From Eledone cirrhosa (Eukaryota), in contig OZ024741.1 in assembly GCA_964016885.1 (NCBI GenBank), positions 238,514,001 through 238,578,000 on the forward strand: a stretch of 64,000 nt of DNA, written 5' to 3'. The notes beneath the pieces were generated by a model, which was not told the DNA's origin, made no database searches, and saw only the letters and a program-made list of their open reading frames with translations. Positions 1-11,924 of the stretch are shown in pieces; the stretch's first letter is position 1; every line of letters begins with the position of its first letter. The position numbers and the translations under genes are program-made.

Positions 1-819
1 ACAACAGGACAACCTGTCTAACCCATGCTAGCGTGGAAGAACGGACGTAAAACGATGATGATGATGATGAAACATGCTTATTAAACAGTCCTCATTACTT
101 TTGCTTGGAGAGGCATATTGCAGGAATAAGAGCATGTCCTCTGTATAATATTATCAAGTTGCTTTTAATTGAATATTAAAGTAATTTAGTGTGCCTGAGT
201 CCTTCTCCTTTTTATTCACTAGAGATAATAACCAAGAATAAACCTTGTACCCAATGTAGCTGTTGCCTTTCAGATTATATTGGAGTTTGTATGTATATTT
301 TGTTCGTAACATATGTGAGGAATAGTCTTTATTGTTAGTTTGTAGTTTAATGGAGGAAACAGTAATGGCCCAGGAGAAAGGGGCAAAGTTTATGGTATAT
401 GTAAATAATTGTCTGAAAAAATAATGTTTAATTCCTTATTTTCTGCATTCTTGTGGTGGATTTAATCTCCTGTGCAGTTTGGTTTTAATGTTTACTATGT
501 GGAAATTAATATGTGATTTGTAACATTGTGATAGGGGCAACGTCTTACTTTCATAACTTGCTGGAATTTGTATGAGTTAGAGAAATGTAATGGTTTTAGA
601 GTTTTAGTTACGTGCTTCACATTCCTCTGTGTTGGGTCACACCTGGGAAAAGTGTCTTCTATTAGAGCTTTATATTGTCTAATTGTGTGTGAATGGAAAT
701 TGGAAGGCAGAAACTGTATGGAAGCCCATCAATATATGTATGTTCAGGAATCCAAGAAAACTGCTAAAACACTAATTTTACAGGCATTTACTTATAAAGA
801 TACATTTGAGATTCATTCA

Positions 820-1185
820 GATACCCTGAGTACCTTTTTGATTTCCATGTGTCTAACACACGTAGGCATGCCCACAAAGTCAGAAAACAGCACAGCTCCC
901 ATGACTTTCGGAAACATTTTTTCACGCTCAGAGTTGCTGTAGCATGGAACAAACTACCTGCATCAGTTATTAGCTGTCGAGACACTGCATCCTTTAAAAC
1001 TTCCATGCTTCCTGCGATTCGCCAACACTACACTTAATATTCCCCATCCATACAGACGCACACATGTATATCATGACTCATACACTAGTCACTTCCCTGA
1101 CATTTGTATATTATTCTATGTATTATACATGCACCTTTGACGAGTTGTAGTCACCTGAGCACTGTACACAATAATTTCATTATTA
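820..1185 (+). mobile_element. CR1/L2-like LINE 3' end (5'-truncated)
   Basis: Encodes HAHKVRKQHSSHDFRKHFFTLRVAVAWNKLP and ends in an (ATT)n tail. Absent from the homologous site at ~26908. Confidence 0.85.
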
Positions 1186-1522
1186 TATATATATATTTGG
1201 TATGAATTGAAGTTGTAGCTGCAATATAGCAGGTACTAATTGAATTGTTTGAGGCAATCACAAAGCACCCAATGGAGTGAGAAGTTAATACATTATCATC
1301 TAGAGTAAATACAAAAGTCAATAAAATGTGACACAAGAAAAACGACCGAAGGCAGTGGCCATACTTATTTGAGATTCATTCTTTCTATTCATTTATTTCA
1401 AATAGGAATTTCTCATAGCGTCAACTAATTCATAAGTTGAATAAATAAATACCTTGATTAGATGTATTCAAATACATCTTGGCTAGTATGTGTCTCATTA
1501 ACATGTATATGTGTTAAATATA

Positions 1523-1562
<40 letters not shown>

Positions 1563-2642
1563 CATGCGTGGTATATATGTACACTCACTTATATACAAAA
1601 TTAGCTTACAGTCTACTGTATTTCAAAATATCTAGTGCTTACAGAAAAAACTTCATATTCCCCAATTGCAATATAAAATAAATAAATAGAAATGTGGTGT
1701 TTTATCTGTCAAACATACTCTATTCTTAACTTTGCTTCATAATTATGAAATAATTATTTATTAAGATTATTCTTTTACTTGCAATAAAATAATAAAGAGA
1801 GAAGAAAAATAATGAACATCTATTGAAAATGTGTTTTCACTGAATTGACAGTTGGAAGATCAAGGAATTGAAATCAGGTTGTAATAAGGACAAATGCTTA
1901 ATATGTTTAATTTTATATTATAGCACATAGATTTATTCAGACAGTATGTTTTAGAAGGGTATTTTAGCAATATATTTTTAGTGATATATTTGTTATATTT
2001 GTCTGTATTTATATCTTCATCTAAATATATATACAAATCCATTCAGGATAATTTTCATAATTAAAATATAAAATATAACTAATATTAAACAAATTGATTT
2101 GGAAGTGAAAACATTGTTTTCATTGAGAGTATTTGTGAAATAATGAAAGAACTGCAACATAGAATGAAAACCAAGTTATTTATTGTTGATAAAAAAAACT
2201 AATGTTGAAATGAAATTATTTATATTTTCTTAATCTTGAATTATTTACAAAACATTTCAAATGTTCGTTTACATATATTCCTGTATTTAATTCACCATAT
2301 TTCTGGAAGTTATTAAATATTTACCAGTAACCAATAAAATTCACTATTTTATATCTCCTAATTCTAATATTTTATATTGTACATCATATATAAAAATACT
2401 AAATACACATCTCTTATAAGATGAATGTTTTGTGTAATGACAGCTCTGCAAAATCCCTTTGTCGAAGTAACTATACTACTGCAGCAGTAAATGTTCTTCA
2501 TAATGGGGAAATTAATGGTTGGATATTTCTATATCTCTTCATGTCCTAGATTCAGTATATTTATCATGACAGTTATTATCCATTCCTCATGCTACAATAC
2601 TTAAATAAATATCACATGAATATGAATTGTGAAAAGACTTAC

Positions 2643-2848
2643 CCACATTATTCAATCCTTTGTCTGTATCTTATACAGAAGACATTCATCATGGCGTAGT
2701 GATCCAGTGTAACTGCTGCTGTAGTAGTTCCACAATAGCAGTATCTTGTTGGTATAGATTTGTGAGTCATAGTGGAGAAGTAGCTTCATTTTAAAGGATT
2801 TATTTATTTGTGTATATTGCATTTATTAAATTAAATTTTTTGTCCTTT
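2643..2848 (-). other. Conserved putative non-coding exon (unit 1)
   Basis: Relatively GC-rich block between ttcttag| and TGTGG|GTAAGT, repeated once per unit. No reading frame is open in all copies. Confidence 0.5.
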
Positions 2849-3569
2849 CTAAGAAAATATTATATAACTAATTTTTAATATACCTTGATCAGTACACATT
2901 ATTTATTGAATTTTCTCTTAAAACTGATATTTCTAAATTCACGTCTGCAAACTTATTCTTAGATATATTCACATACACTAACATGCTGAGTGTTGTAACA
3001 TATTAAGCTGTTATCCCTGTCATCAACTACTATTTCATACTAACTGTTACTATGAATATTGAATTACAAAATGATTGTTTATTTAAAATAATGTAAAATT
3101 GTAGAATCTTTATAATTTTATCAATGTTATTATTTAATCATAGTTTATAAAGAAAGCTTAAAATAAAAAAAGTGATATTTTAATACTTAAAATATAGAAT
3201 GGCTGAACAATTTATAATGACTTACTTTAAAATAAACATTGACTGAATAATTGATGGTGAATCTTTTTCTTTGTACATTATTCTATGTACTAGGCATGCA
3301 CCTTTGAGTAGTTGTAGTAGTACACCTGAGCATTATTATTTATTAAGTTTAGGTTCTATCAGGGTTGAATCTAAGATTTATATGTAACTCTAATGTGTTA
3401 ATTCTCTAACCTACATCTCCCTCCCCAATATTGTTTTAAAATGATACAGAGTAGAGTCAACATGATATTTGTGAATATTTAGGAATTCAATTAATTAGAA
3501 ATAAATATATCTACTATATAAATTTTTATTAATTAGTTAATATGATTTGTTATTCAATATATTCTTAAT

Positions 3570-3754
3570 AATTATTTCTACTTTTGGCAGAAGGCCAGCA
3601 ATTATCCCAGTACATTACTGGTGCTTTATTTTATCGACCTCATAAGCATGAAAGGCAATGTTAACTTTGGTGGAATTAGAACGTAAAGGGCCACAACTCT
3701 ATGCTGCAAAGAATGGTGTCTGAAGCTCCACCGATACTGCCAATCCACCGCCCT
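3570..3754 (-). mobile_element. tRNA-derived SINE, degenerate
   Basis: Reverse complement resembles 62522-62720. Confidence 0.65.
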
Positions 3755-3854
3755 TAATAATAAAATCTGTTTTAATTATGTTAACGGTGATAAATCTCAA
3801 TGTAAAATAATATTTTAAAGATAAAAATTGAAATTTTTGTTAATTTTCAGTTTA

Positions 3855-3943
3855 CTATTTTTTATATACTGGTTCTAAATATGTATCTTGTTCATGTTCA
3901 CCCTTTGGTGTTGGAGGTATGTTTGGTTTATAGTTACTGTATT
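3855..3943 (-). CDS. Pcdh: Protocadherin copy 1, terminal coding exon 3 (EYSNYKPNIPPTPKGEHEQDTYLEPVYKK*)
   Basis: tttcag| acceptor with phase 1 matching exon 2. TAG is conserved in all copies; there is an in-frame 6-nt deletion in copy 3 and synonymous or conservative changes in copy 5. Confidence 0.8.
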
Positions 3944-4738
3944 CTGAAATATAAAGAATTATGTTTTGAATAGCACTTTAAACAGGATATTTGTTGTAAT
4001 GGTATTTCAGGAAAAAATATCAAAATGTAGTTTGTAAATTAAATATATACTGATAGTTTGTATTCAAATTTATGTTACATTTAATTCCTTATACCACACC
4101 AAATCCTGATACTGGTTGTATTTTGATAACTTTTTGTTTGAAATAATACAATAAAAATGTAAATATTAAAATTGTATCAGTGGTTTTATAATAGTGTTGT
4201 GTTGAACCTCCATTTGTTCTGACGACAAGAGTTCCAGTTGTTTGATCAATCTCAAATAGCTGAACATTCCACAGATATGTATATTCTTAATATAGCCCCC
4301 AGGGAGATTCAGAATGACACAATATGTAACAAGACTGGTATTTTGAATCATGGTTACAACTCTATACAACTTATTTTTTACAGCTGATGAGACTTGAACA
4401 ATGTGAAATACAGTGTCTTGCTCAAGGACGTGGGGTGCCATCACAAATTAGCTCTTGACATTATGTGAACAACCTAACCACTGAGACACATACTTTCATA
4501 AATTATCTTAATTTATAATAAATTATCTTAACTATTCTGTCTGTTAAAGATATAATACAATCATATCAATGGATTTATTAGATTCACAGCAAAAATGTTC
4601 TCTTTGTCACTGCTGACAGAAATAATTTTGGAATTATACCAACACCATTTTCAAAGTATATCATAGTCTCACACACAACAATCCCTAACACAAACGCATT
4701 TGTTCTTTAAATGATTTAATTTATATTTGTTAACTTAC

Positions 4739-4889
4739 CTGATATTGTTGATGTTTGATGTGAAATATCTCCTTCACTCCATCCACGATTACGATCTCTT
4801 TGAGATGGCAATGTGCCATTTAGATTGTTTGAAGTCACAATACTGCTGTCACCTTCTTCACAAGATTCATCTATCTGCTTATTATAGAT
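4739..4889 (-). CDS. Pcdh: Protocadherin copy 1, cytoplasmic exon 2 (IYNKQIDESCEEGDSSIVTSNNLNGTLPSQRDRNRGWSEGDISHQTSTIS)
   Basis: 151 nt between a tcatag| acceptor and a |GTAAGT donor. Open in phase 0 and conserved in all five units with only 3-nt indels. Confidence 0.85.
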
Positions 4890-5413
4890 CTATGATTGAA
4901 ATAAAAAGATTTAGATGCATAATTAAGATGTTTATGTGTCTATTTTAATATCAGCAATATTAAAAATAGACTCATTGCCTCAAAAGTCCCCATATATGTT
5001 TATAGCAATAAGTACACTGAAATAGTGACATTTGATGTACCCTGTATATATCGTCAGAACCAATATCAATATTTTTAGATCTAATTAGACATGTCAACAG
5101 ATTTCTAATCATCCAAATAAAAATAATTATTATTTTAAATTACATTTGTTGACAACTAAATATACATGTGAAAATTTAAGTTTTTCTCCGTTATAATTCT
5201 TCATAACTGAGTTGACTAAGCAACAACATAATCAATACAACCCTTCAATGAAATGTAAGAATTAGAACTTTTAGATTTATCATCCTTGGAAACGATAGAA
5301 ATACTCCTTAGTATTTAAGCGTGTAACAATGTTTTGTAATGAATGAACACAAATGAATGAAAATATAGATAATATATGAAATATATCTTAGAAGAAATTG
5401 TAATGATAAATAC

Positions 5414-7819
5414 CTGTGGAACAGGTGGAAGTCTTCTAGGTGTTGTTGAGAATTTCCATTCATTGGTTAACTGTTCCATCTCTGGATAATATGGATTTTT
5501 AGGGTTTATTGACTGAAGATTTCTAGCAAATATATCGTCTGCATTTCTGGTTATTGCAACAGGATTGTTGGTGTGATACAGTATTTGTCTCATCTCAGTC
5601 GGAGATAGGAATTTTGGATTATCTGTTGTTGTAGGTGAGTTATTGGTGTGATTAATACATCTGAAAACACACAGTGTTATTGACACTACAATAGCCACAG
5701 ATATTATTACAGCTGCTGCTACAATGATAATTACCCAAGTCATATTGAGGTTGGTACCAGTCTGTAAGTGGACAGCAGTCAACTTTGGAGATGTATCATT
5801 ACTAACAAACAGTGTTAGTATGATAGCAGTTGTTACTGATTGAACTGGTGTACCACCATCTTTCACTATAAACTGTAGGTCATATGTTCCTGCATCATTT
5901 TGGTATACTGTCCGAGAGAAAGATAAGACACCAGTATGGGAGTTGACTGTAAACAGGTTTTTATCATTAGATCTCTGTATTCCATATGTGAGGAAAGCAT
6001 TGTTTCCAGTGTCTTTGTCAGAAGCTTTCAGAATTGTGATGTCTTTCTTACTGTGTGGATCATAGTGGACATCTAGATTGTAAGGGTCATTAATAGGAAA
6101 GGTAAAATAGGGAGCATTATCATTTTTATCTAGAATCTCAATAACAATATTGGCAGTGTTATTCAGAGAAGGTGTTCCATTATCTTTGACTAAAATTTGG
6201 AATTTATAGATGTCTTTCACTTCCCGATCTATTGATTGTGATGTAGAAATAAATCCATATTTTGTAAGTTGGAAAGGAATGTTATCATTGTTGTTATCAT
6301 TGATGATAGAATATGTAAGTTGACCTCCATCTCCAAGATCAGGGTCTGTAGCATTGATGAAGCCAATAGGGAAGTCAACTTTCTGATTTTCATAGGTGAG
6401 GAATTGGAATGTATCTTTGGTAAAATGTGGCTGTACATCATTGACATCAGTTATTTTGACAGAGAATTGTTTCTTAGTCTTTAACTGAGGTGATCCCATG
6501 TCATGACATACAATAGATACAAAATAGTGGTCTATAATTTCTCTATCAAGAGGTTCTTTCACCAATATTTTATATTCTTTAGAACCCATATTAGAAAGTT
6601 GAAACATTTTATGGTGAATATTACATTTAATTTGTCCATTAGGTCCACTATCTGTGTCAATGACCATAACATAAGCTATAAAACTACCAATTTTACTTGC
6701 TTCTGAAATAGCTGTAGAGGTCTTCGTTAAAGGTGTCACAAAATCTATGTTTATAGTAGGAGCATTATTTTGGTTGTTAATTACATTAATGATTAACATT
6801 GTCATAGAGCTTAATGGAGGTTTCCCCCCATCCCTGGCTTCAATATATAATTGGTATTTACTTCCTTTATTTTTAAAAAAGTTATCATTGATAAAAAGTT
6901 TTCCAATTTTCTGATTTAATTTAAATTGTTTTCTTGCATATTTATTTGTATTTCTGTGTAAATAGTAAGTAATATTTCCATTTTGACCAGAATCTTTGTC
7001 TGTAGCTGATACAACAAACACAGGAGAAGATATATGATGTGTATCACTGATGGTGATATTGTATGTTTGTTGAGAAAACATTGGTTGATTATCATTGACA
7101 TCTATAACAGATATTTCTATGTTTAGAATTCCTTGTTTTGATGGTGAACCTCCATCTTTAGCAATCAATTGTAACATGTAGGTGTCTTTTAATTCTCTGT
7201 CTAACTTTTCTTCAAGTATTATTTCTAATAGATTTCTTCCATCAAATCCTTTAAACATTGATAGTGAAAATTTCTTACTTTTATCTTTGAGTTTATATGT
7301 AATGTTAGAATTGAGAACACCAATGTCTTTATCAACAGCATTTAGTATTGATTTTGTTGATCCTTTTCCATCTGTTTCATCAAACTCTATTTTAGTTAGA
7401 TCTTCAAGAAATTCTGGGGAATGGTCATTGATGTCTTCTATAAATATTTTTATCTTCAATATTTTTATAAATGTCTCTTCTTTCCTCACTGCTACTTTAA
7501 CAATTCTGGAACATTCCTTGTTATATGTACACAAGGACTCAGCATCCAGTGTCTGTGTAGTGTATAGTTTTCCTGTGTTGGTGACATTGAATAAGTGAGA
7601 ACCACTTGACACTGTCCTTTGTAGTTGTGTAAATGTAATGAGAGTGTGTTGTTGATGTGTAAGAGAGTGTGTTAAGTTAGAATCAACAGCAATGTCTCCT
7701 ATATAGGTGTGAGGACTGTCTTCTTCATTGACATGGTAAGTAAGGTCTATTGACACAACAGAATACATGAGTCCACAGAGAACACAAAACTTTAGGCTAT
7801 TCGTGTCCTTCATCTTCAT
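5414..7819 (-). CDS. Pcdh: Protocadherin copy 1, large coding exon (signal peptide, EC1-EC6, TM, proximal cytoplasmic tail)
   Basis: 834-aa ORF with DxNDxxP, DRE, AxDxD and DxGxP cadherin motifs, the EC1 Cys pair (LCTYNKEC) and a TM segment (WVIIIVAAAVIISVAIVVSITLCVF). Homology among the five copies stops at PPVPQ, followed by a CAG|GT donor, so 802 codons are exonic and the remainder of the ORF is intron read-through. Confidence 0.95.
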
Positions 7820-8089
7820 AATTCTTCATTATACATGGATTCCTCTCTCTACAAATAAAGAAAATCCTGAAGTTTATCATCAATCATATATAAGATTTCA
7901 ATAATGAGAAATGTATGTTACTTGACATATGACACTTATACATATATATATGCTATTGTTTGAAGATTTTGTAAATCAAAAATTGAACTTAATCTGAAAG
8001 ACGTTGATACATCATATCAACACTAGAAATGAAAAAACAAAACAAAACAAAACAACCAAATAGGACAGGGAATTCTATTAAAAGAGAAA

Positions 8090-9863
8090 TTGGAATGGAA
8101 AAGAGTTAGTTAAAGTCCAATATGAGAAAAGTCATTTCAAATCCTATATCGATAAACATGTGACAAGCACCTTCTGTGGAGTAGATGCCAACATATGAGC
8201 CTTATTTAGTTCTGATATCTCTGAAGCTTAAACTGAAATGGATCCATTAGAAAGAAACCACACATATTAGTTTTGTTGTAAACAAACTAAAAATATAAAA
8301 TTTGCATCCGTGTTTGAAGTGAACATGTAACAGGTTTGCAATCCTCAAAATTCTAGAAGAAGATATAAACTCCTTGATCAACAACATCAAGGTAGCACTG
8401 AGTGAAACTGCATGGGAAATGCCAGAGAGAAGGAGAAAAGAAATTATGGGTCACTGATATGACATCTTGATATTTTGTGAATTAAAATGAGAACTGAGAA
8501 AGACCAAATTAATATGTCTGGAGGCAAGGCAGCAATACAACACTGTGAATAGGAAGGCCAGGAAGAAAAGAGAAGCCAAAGAGAAATGAATAACAGAACA
8601 GTACAAAAACATCGAAACTGGGATAAAAATAGGGTAACAGCAGGGCTGCTTTTGAAACCCTCAAAATCTAATGAAAATAAAGCAACACTTCACCACTGGC
8701 TTACTCCTCACAAAGGGTATTGTCTTCAAAATATGGTCTGAGTATTGTAAAGGTTTTTATAACCACAATTTAAGATATGATACTAATATCCTGGATAATT
8801 CCACCAACAAGAATAGGGAACTTGAATTTTCTAGGAGGAAGTATAATTAGTGATCCCAGTAAAGTACTTCTATACAGACTTGTAGGAAGGCAGAAGAAAT
8901 TTGTAAAGAAGAGGCAGGATTCATGTCTAAAAACAGTACAGTGAAACAGATATTTAACATCATACTACTAACCAAAAAACATCTACAATGCCAATATGAC
9001 CTCTATCATAACTGCATTGACTTCAATAGAACCTTTGACCACATTTGGCAAGAGGATTTGTGGCAGGTGATGAAGAATTATAACTTCAAAATCAACATGA
9101 TCTAAGTAATCCAATCATTGTACGAAAACTTAAACAAAGCATTTGTCCAGAATAACATCAAAGAATTCTTCAGGACAACAGTTGGGATTCAAAAAGAATG
9201 AATCTCTTTCCAGTTCTTTTCTTGCATAATATTCCTAGAGAATCTTGGAGACACTCCAAGATTTCCACATTTCTATTTCCATTGGAGAACGGCCAATTTT
9301 CACCTATGCTTCACTTGAAAAATTGACAAGTATTGGCCTTGCCTCTTCTGACATGATGAAGCTGAACATCATATGGGAAAGCAACTCCATTAGTTTTTCA
9401 ATGAGGCTCAAATTGTACAGGTCCTTGGTGACTTTGATCCATCTCTATGGGTATGAGCGCTGAGATGGGATGAAGAATCCAGGTATTCAAACACAAGTGT
9501 TTCAAAAGGCTGTTATGCATCCTGTACAAAGAACACAAAAGAAACAACACTAACAGTCAACAAGAGAGTAAATATGGTGGCAGAGGAACTACTCCTTACA
9601 ATGGTGAAAATATGGAAGTTCACTTGATGCAGTCACATATCCCACCACGACTATCCCTCTAAAACCATCCTTCAGGTATCAGTTGAAGTTGAAGAGAAAT
9701 AAAAGAAAATCCTGGTAAAAAAATCAAGGACTGGACAGGTCACAACACTACGACCTATCTACACATGACAGAGAATAGAGACTTGTGGCAACAGCTGACT
9801 GCAAAAACGTCTAGAGTGGCACCCCAACCACTGGCTGCTCATATTGCAGGAACTTGATGATGG
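8090..9863 (+). mobile_element. Old RTE-clade LINE relic upstream of copy 1
   Basis: Degenerate RT motifs (AGF..STVKQIF, IDFNRTFDHIWQEDLWQVM, KLYRSLV..LYGYE) and a tgatga tail. Homologous relics lie upstream of copies 2-4. Confidence 0.75.
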
Positions 9864-10141
9864 TTAATGGTAACCAGAGACTAGAACTATACCCTTCTCA
9901 CACTTGGAAGTTGCCCCAACATAATCTTTCAACAGAGAATTAGAAAATTGTTTCATATGATATCATTGATTATGTGTTTTTTGTTCATCAGGATGAAATC
10001 ATACACAGCCTGTTTCTTTAACACTTTGGTTACAGCAACAATGCAACATTTTTAATCTATTTTATTTCCTTCTTTATACATTTCATTTTTACTTGTAACC
10101 ATTTATTGGTGTTCTAAGGAGCCACTCACTTTGTTGAGTGT

Positions 10142-10160
10142 GGTATTTTACTTAATAGAA

Positions 10161-10226
<66 letters not shown>

Positions 10227-10339
10227 GCACACACACACACACACACACACACTCTCTCTCTCTCTCCATCTCACACACACACAGTTTTATGTCCATTCTT
10301 CCATGCTAGCATGTTTTAGACGAGTTGTCCTGGTGTGGG

Positions 10340-10384
<45 letters not shown>

Positions 10385-10386
10385 AT
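10142..10386. repeat. (CA)n, (CT)n and (TA)n microsatellite cluster
   Basis: Directly visible. Confidence 0.95.
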
Positions 10387-11924
10387 GTTTTTAACTAATA
10401 ATCGATACAAAATCATTATTAATTAGTTTTGAAAACATGACTTAACCCGAGGTGAGCACTGATGGGACAAAACCTATCGACGAAATCATTCCTACCATGA
10501 TCATGCTGATTTTTTTTTACTAGGTACAATGCACCCAATATTACATTACGAATCTGTACTTATTTTTTAAGAAAGAAGGGTTTTGTTTGAGAGATATATG
10601 CCTGCTATTTATAGAACGTCAAACGGCTGCATAGAGGCGTCTTAGTCGGTACAAGTGAAGATTACGCTGGGTAAAACAGAGTTGTTTCCCTTGCATTCAT
10701 TGCATATATCACAACATAATTCCATTGTTTATGTGAGTAATATCAATGCAAATTTTATAGAAAATAATGAATTGTCCTTTCAGTAATACACTATATTATA
10801 ACTGTCTTCTAAGTATATAATGAAATTGTGGGCACTGGGGCATTTATATTGAGTTTTATCAGTTAATTATTCATATTTTGTTACTTGGGTACATGGCCAC
10901 AATTTTGGTGGAATGGAAGATTATTATAATAACATCAGTTGCTGATTGGTAATTACTCAACGAGATACCAATAGGTTAAAAAGGTAAGTCAAACAGCAGC
11001 CTATTTTGGTTCAGAATGATACATTTTCTCTTCAATGAAAATATATCTCTGACATTATATAAAATAAACATGCCTATTAAACAGTCCTGATTATTTTTGT
11101 TTGGAGAGGCATATTGTAGGAATAAGAGCATGTCCTCTGTATATTATTATCAAAATTGAATATTATTGTGTCTTCTGTAGAGGCAGACAAAATAATTCAG
11201 TATTCTGGAGTCCTTTTCCTTTTTATTCACTGAAATTAATAACCAAGAATAAACCTTGTACCTAATGTGGCTTTAGAGATTCAGATTATATTGAAGTCTG
11301 ATGTATATTTTATTAGTAACAGATGAGAGGAATGGAATATTGTTAGTTTTATATATGTTTTATATATATGTAAATACTTTTCTGAAAAAATAGTGTTTGC
11401 TTCCTTATTTTGGTTAAATATTATGTTGGTGCATTCTTGTGATGTATTTAGTCTCCTGTGTAGTCTAGTTTTAATGTTTATTATATGGGAATTAAAAGTG
11501 TATGTTACACATTGTGATAGTGGCACCTTACTTTTATAAGTTGGTGAAATATGTATAAATAAGAGAAATGTAAAGGCTTAAGAGTTTTAATTTTGTGCAT
11601 CAAGTTCACATTCATTTGTGTTGTGTCACACTGCACAGTACCTGGGAAAAGTGCCTTCTATCAGAGCTTTGTATTTTCTAATTGTATGTGAGTGGAAATT
11701 GGTAGGCAGAAACTGTGTGAAAGCCCATTGTGTATCTGTATGTAGAGGAGAATGAGGAAGCTGGTAAAACACTCATTTTACTGGCATTTACTTATAAAGA
11801 TATATTTGAGTTTCATTCTTTCCATTCATTTATTTCAAATAGGCATTGCACATAGCTTCAACCAATTTATTCATTGAATAAATAACTGCCTTGTGTTTAG
11901 TTACCATGAATTTGTATTTATATA

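Noticed and set aside
2650-2790. Micro-ORFs (MKLLLHYDSQ... and MTHKSIPTRY...) in the conserved block
   Set aside because: The first frame has TGA in units 2 and 5 and the second has TGA in unit 5, so neither is conserved as a coding sequence.
4380-4445. CTGATGA...GAAA at ~4385 and ~15868 as further hammerheads
   Set aside because: No convincing stems II, I or III, and the paralogs read CTCATGG or CTGATGG. It looks like an old dispersed repeat.
4727-4948. Plus-strand ORFs repeated at 4727, 18220, 40287 and 55867
   Set aside because: They are antisense to exon 2; splice signals and indel pattern support the minus-strand exon.
5315-5413. Hydrophobic C-terminal extensions of the large ORFs (VFIITISSKIYFIYYL... 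etc.)
   Set aside because: They begin exactly at a conserved CAG|GT donor and differ in length and sequence among copies (9-33 aa), so they are intron read-through.
6229-7598. Recurrent small ORFs overlapping each protocadherin exon (72, 71, 67, 61 and 138 aa)
   Set aside because: They are alternative-frame or antisense shadows, conserved only because the underlying CDS is duplicated.
10131-10319. THTHTH, ERERER and IIII/LLLL low-complexity ORFs
   Set aside because: They are translations of microsatellites.
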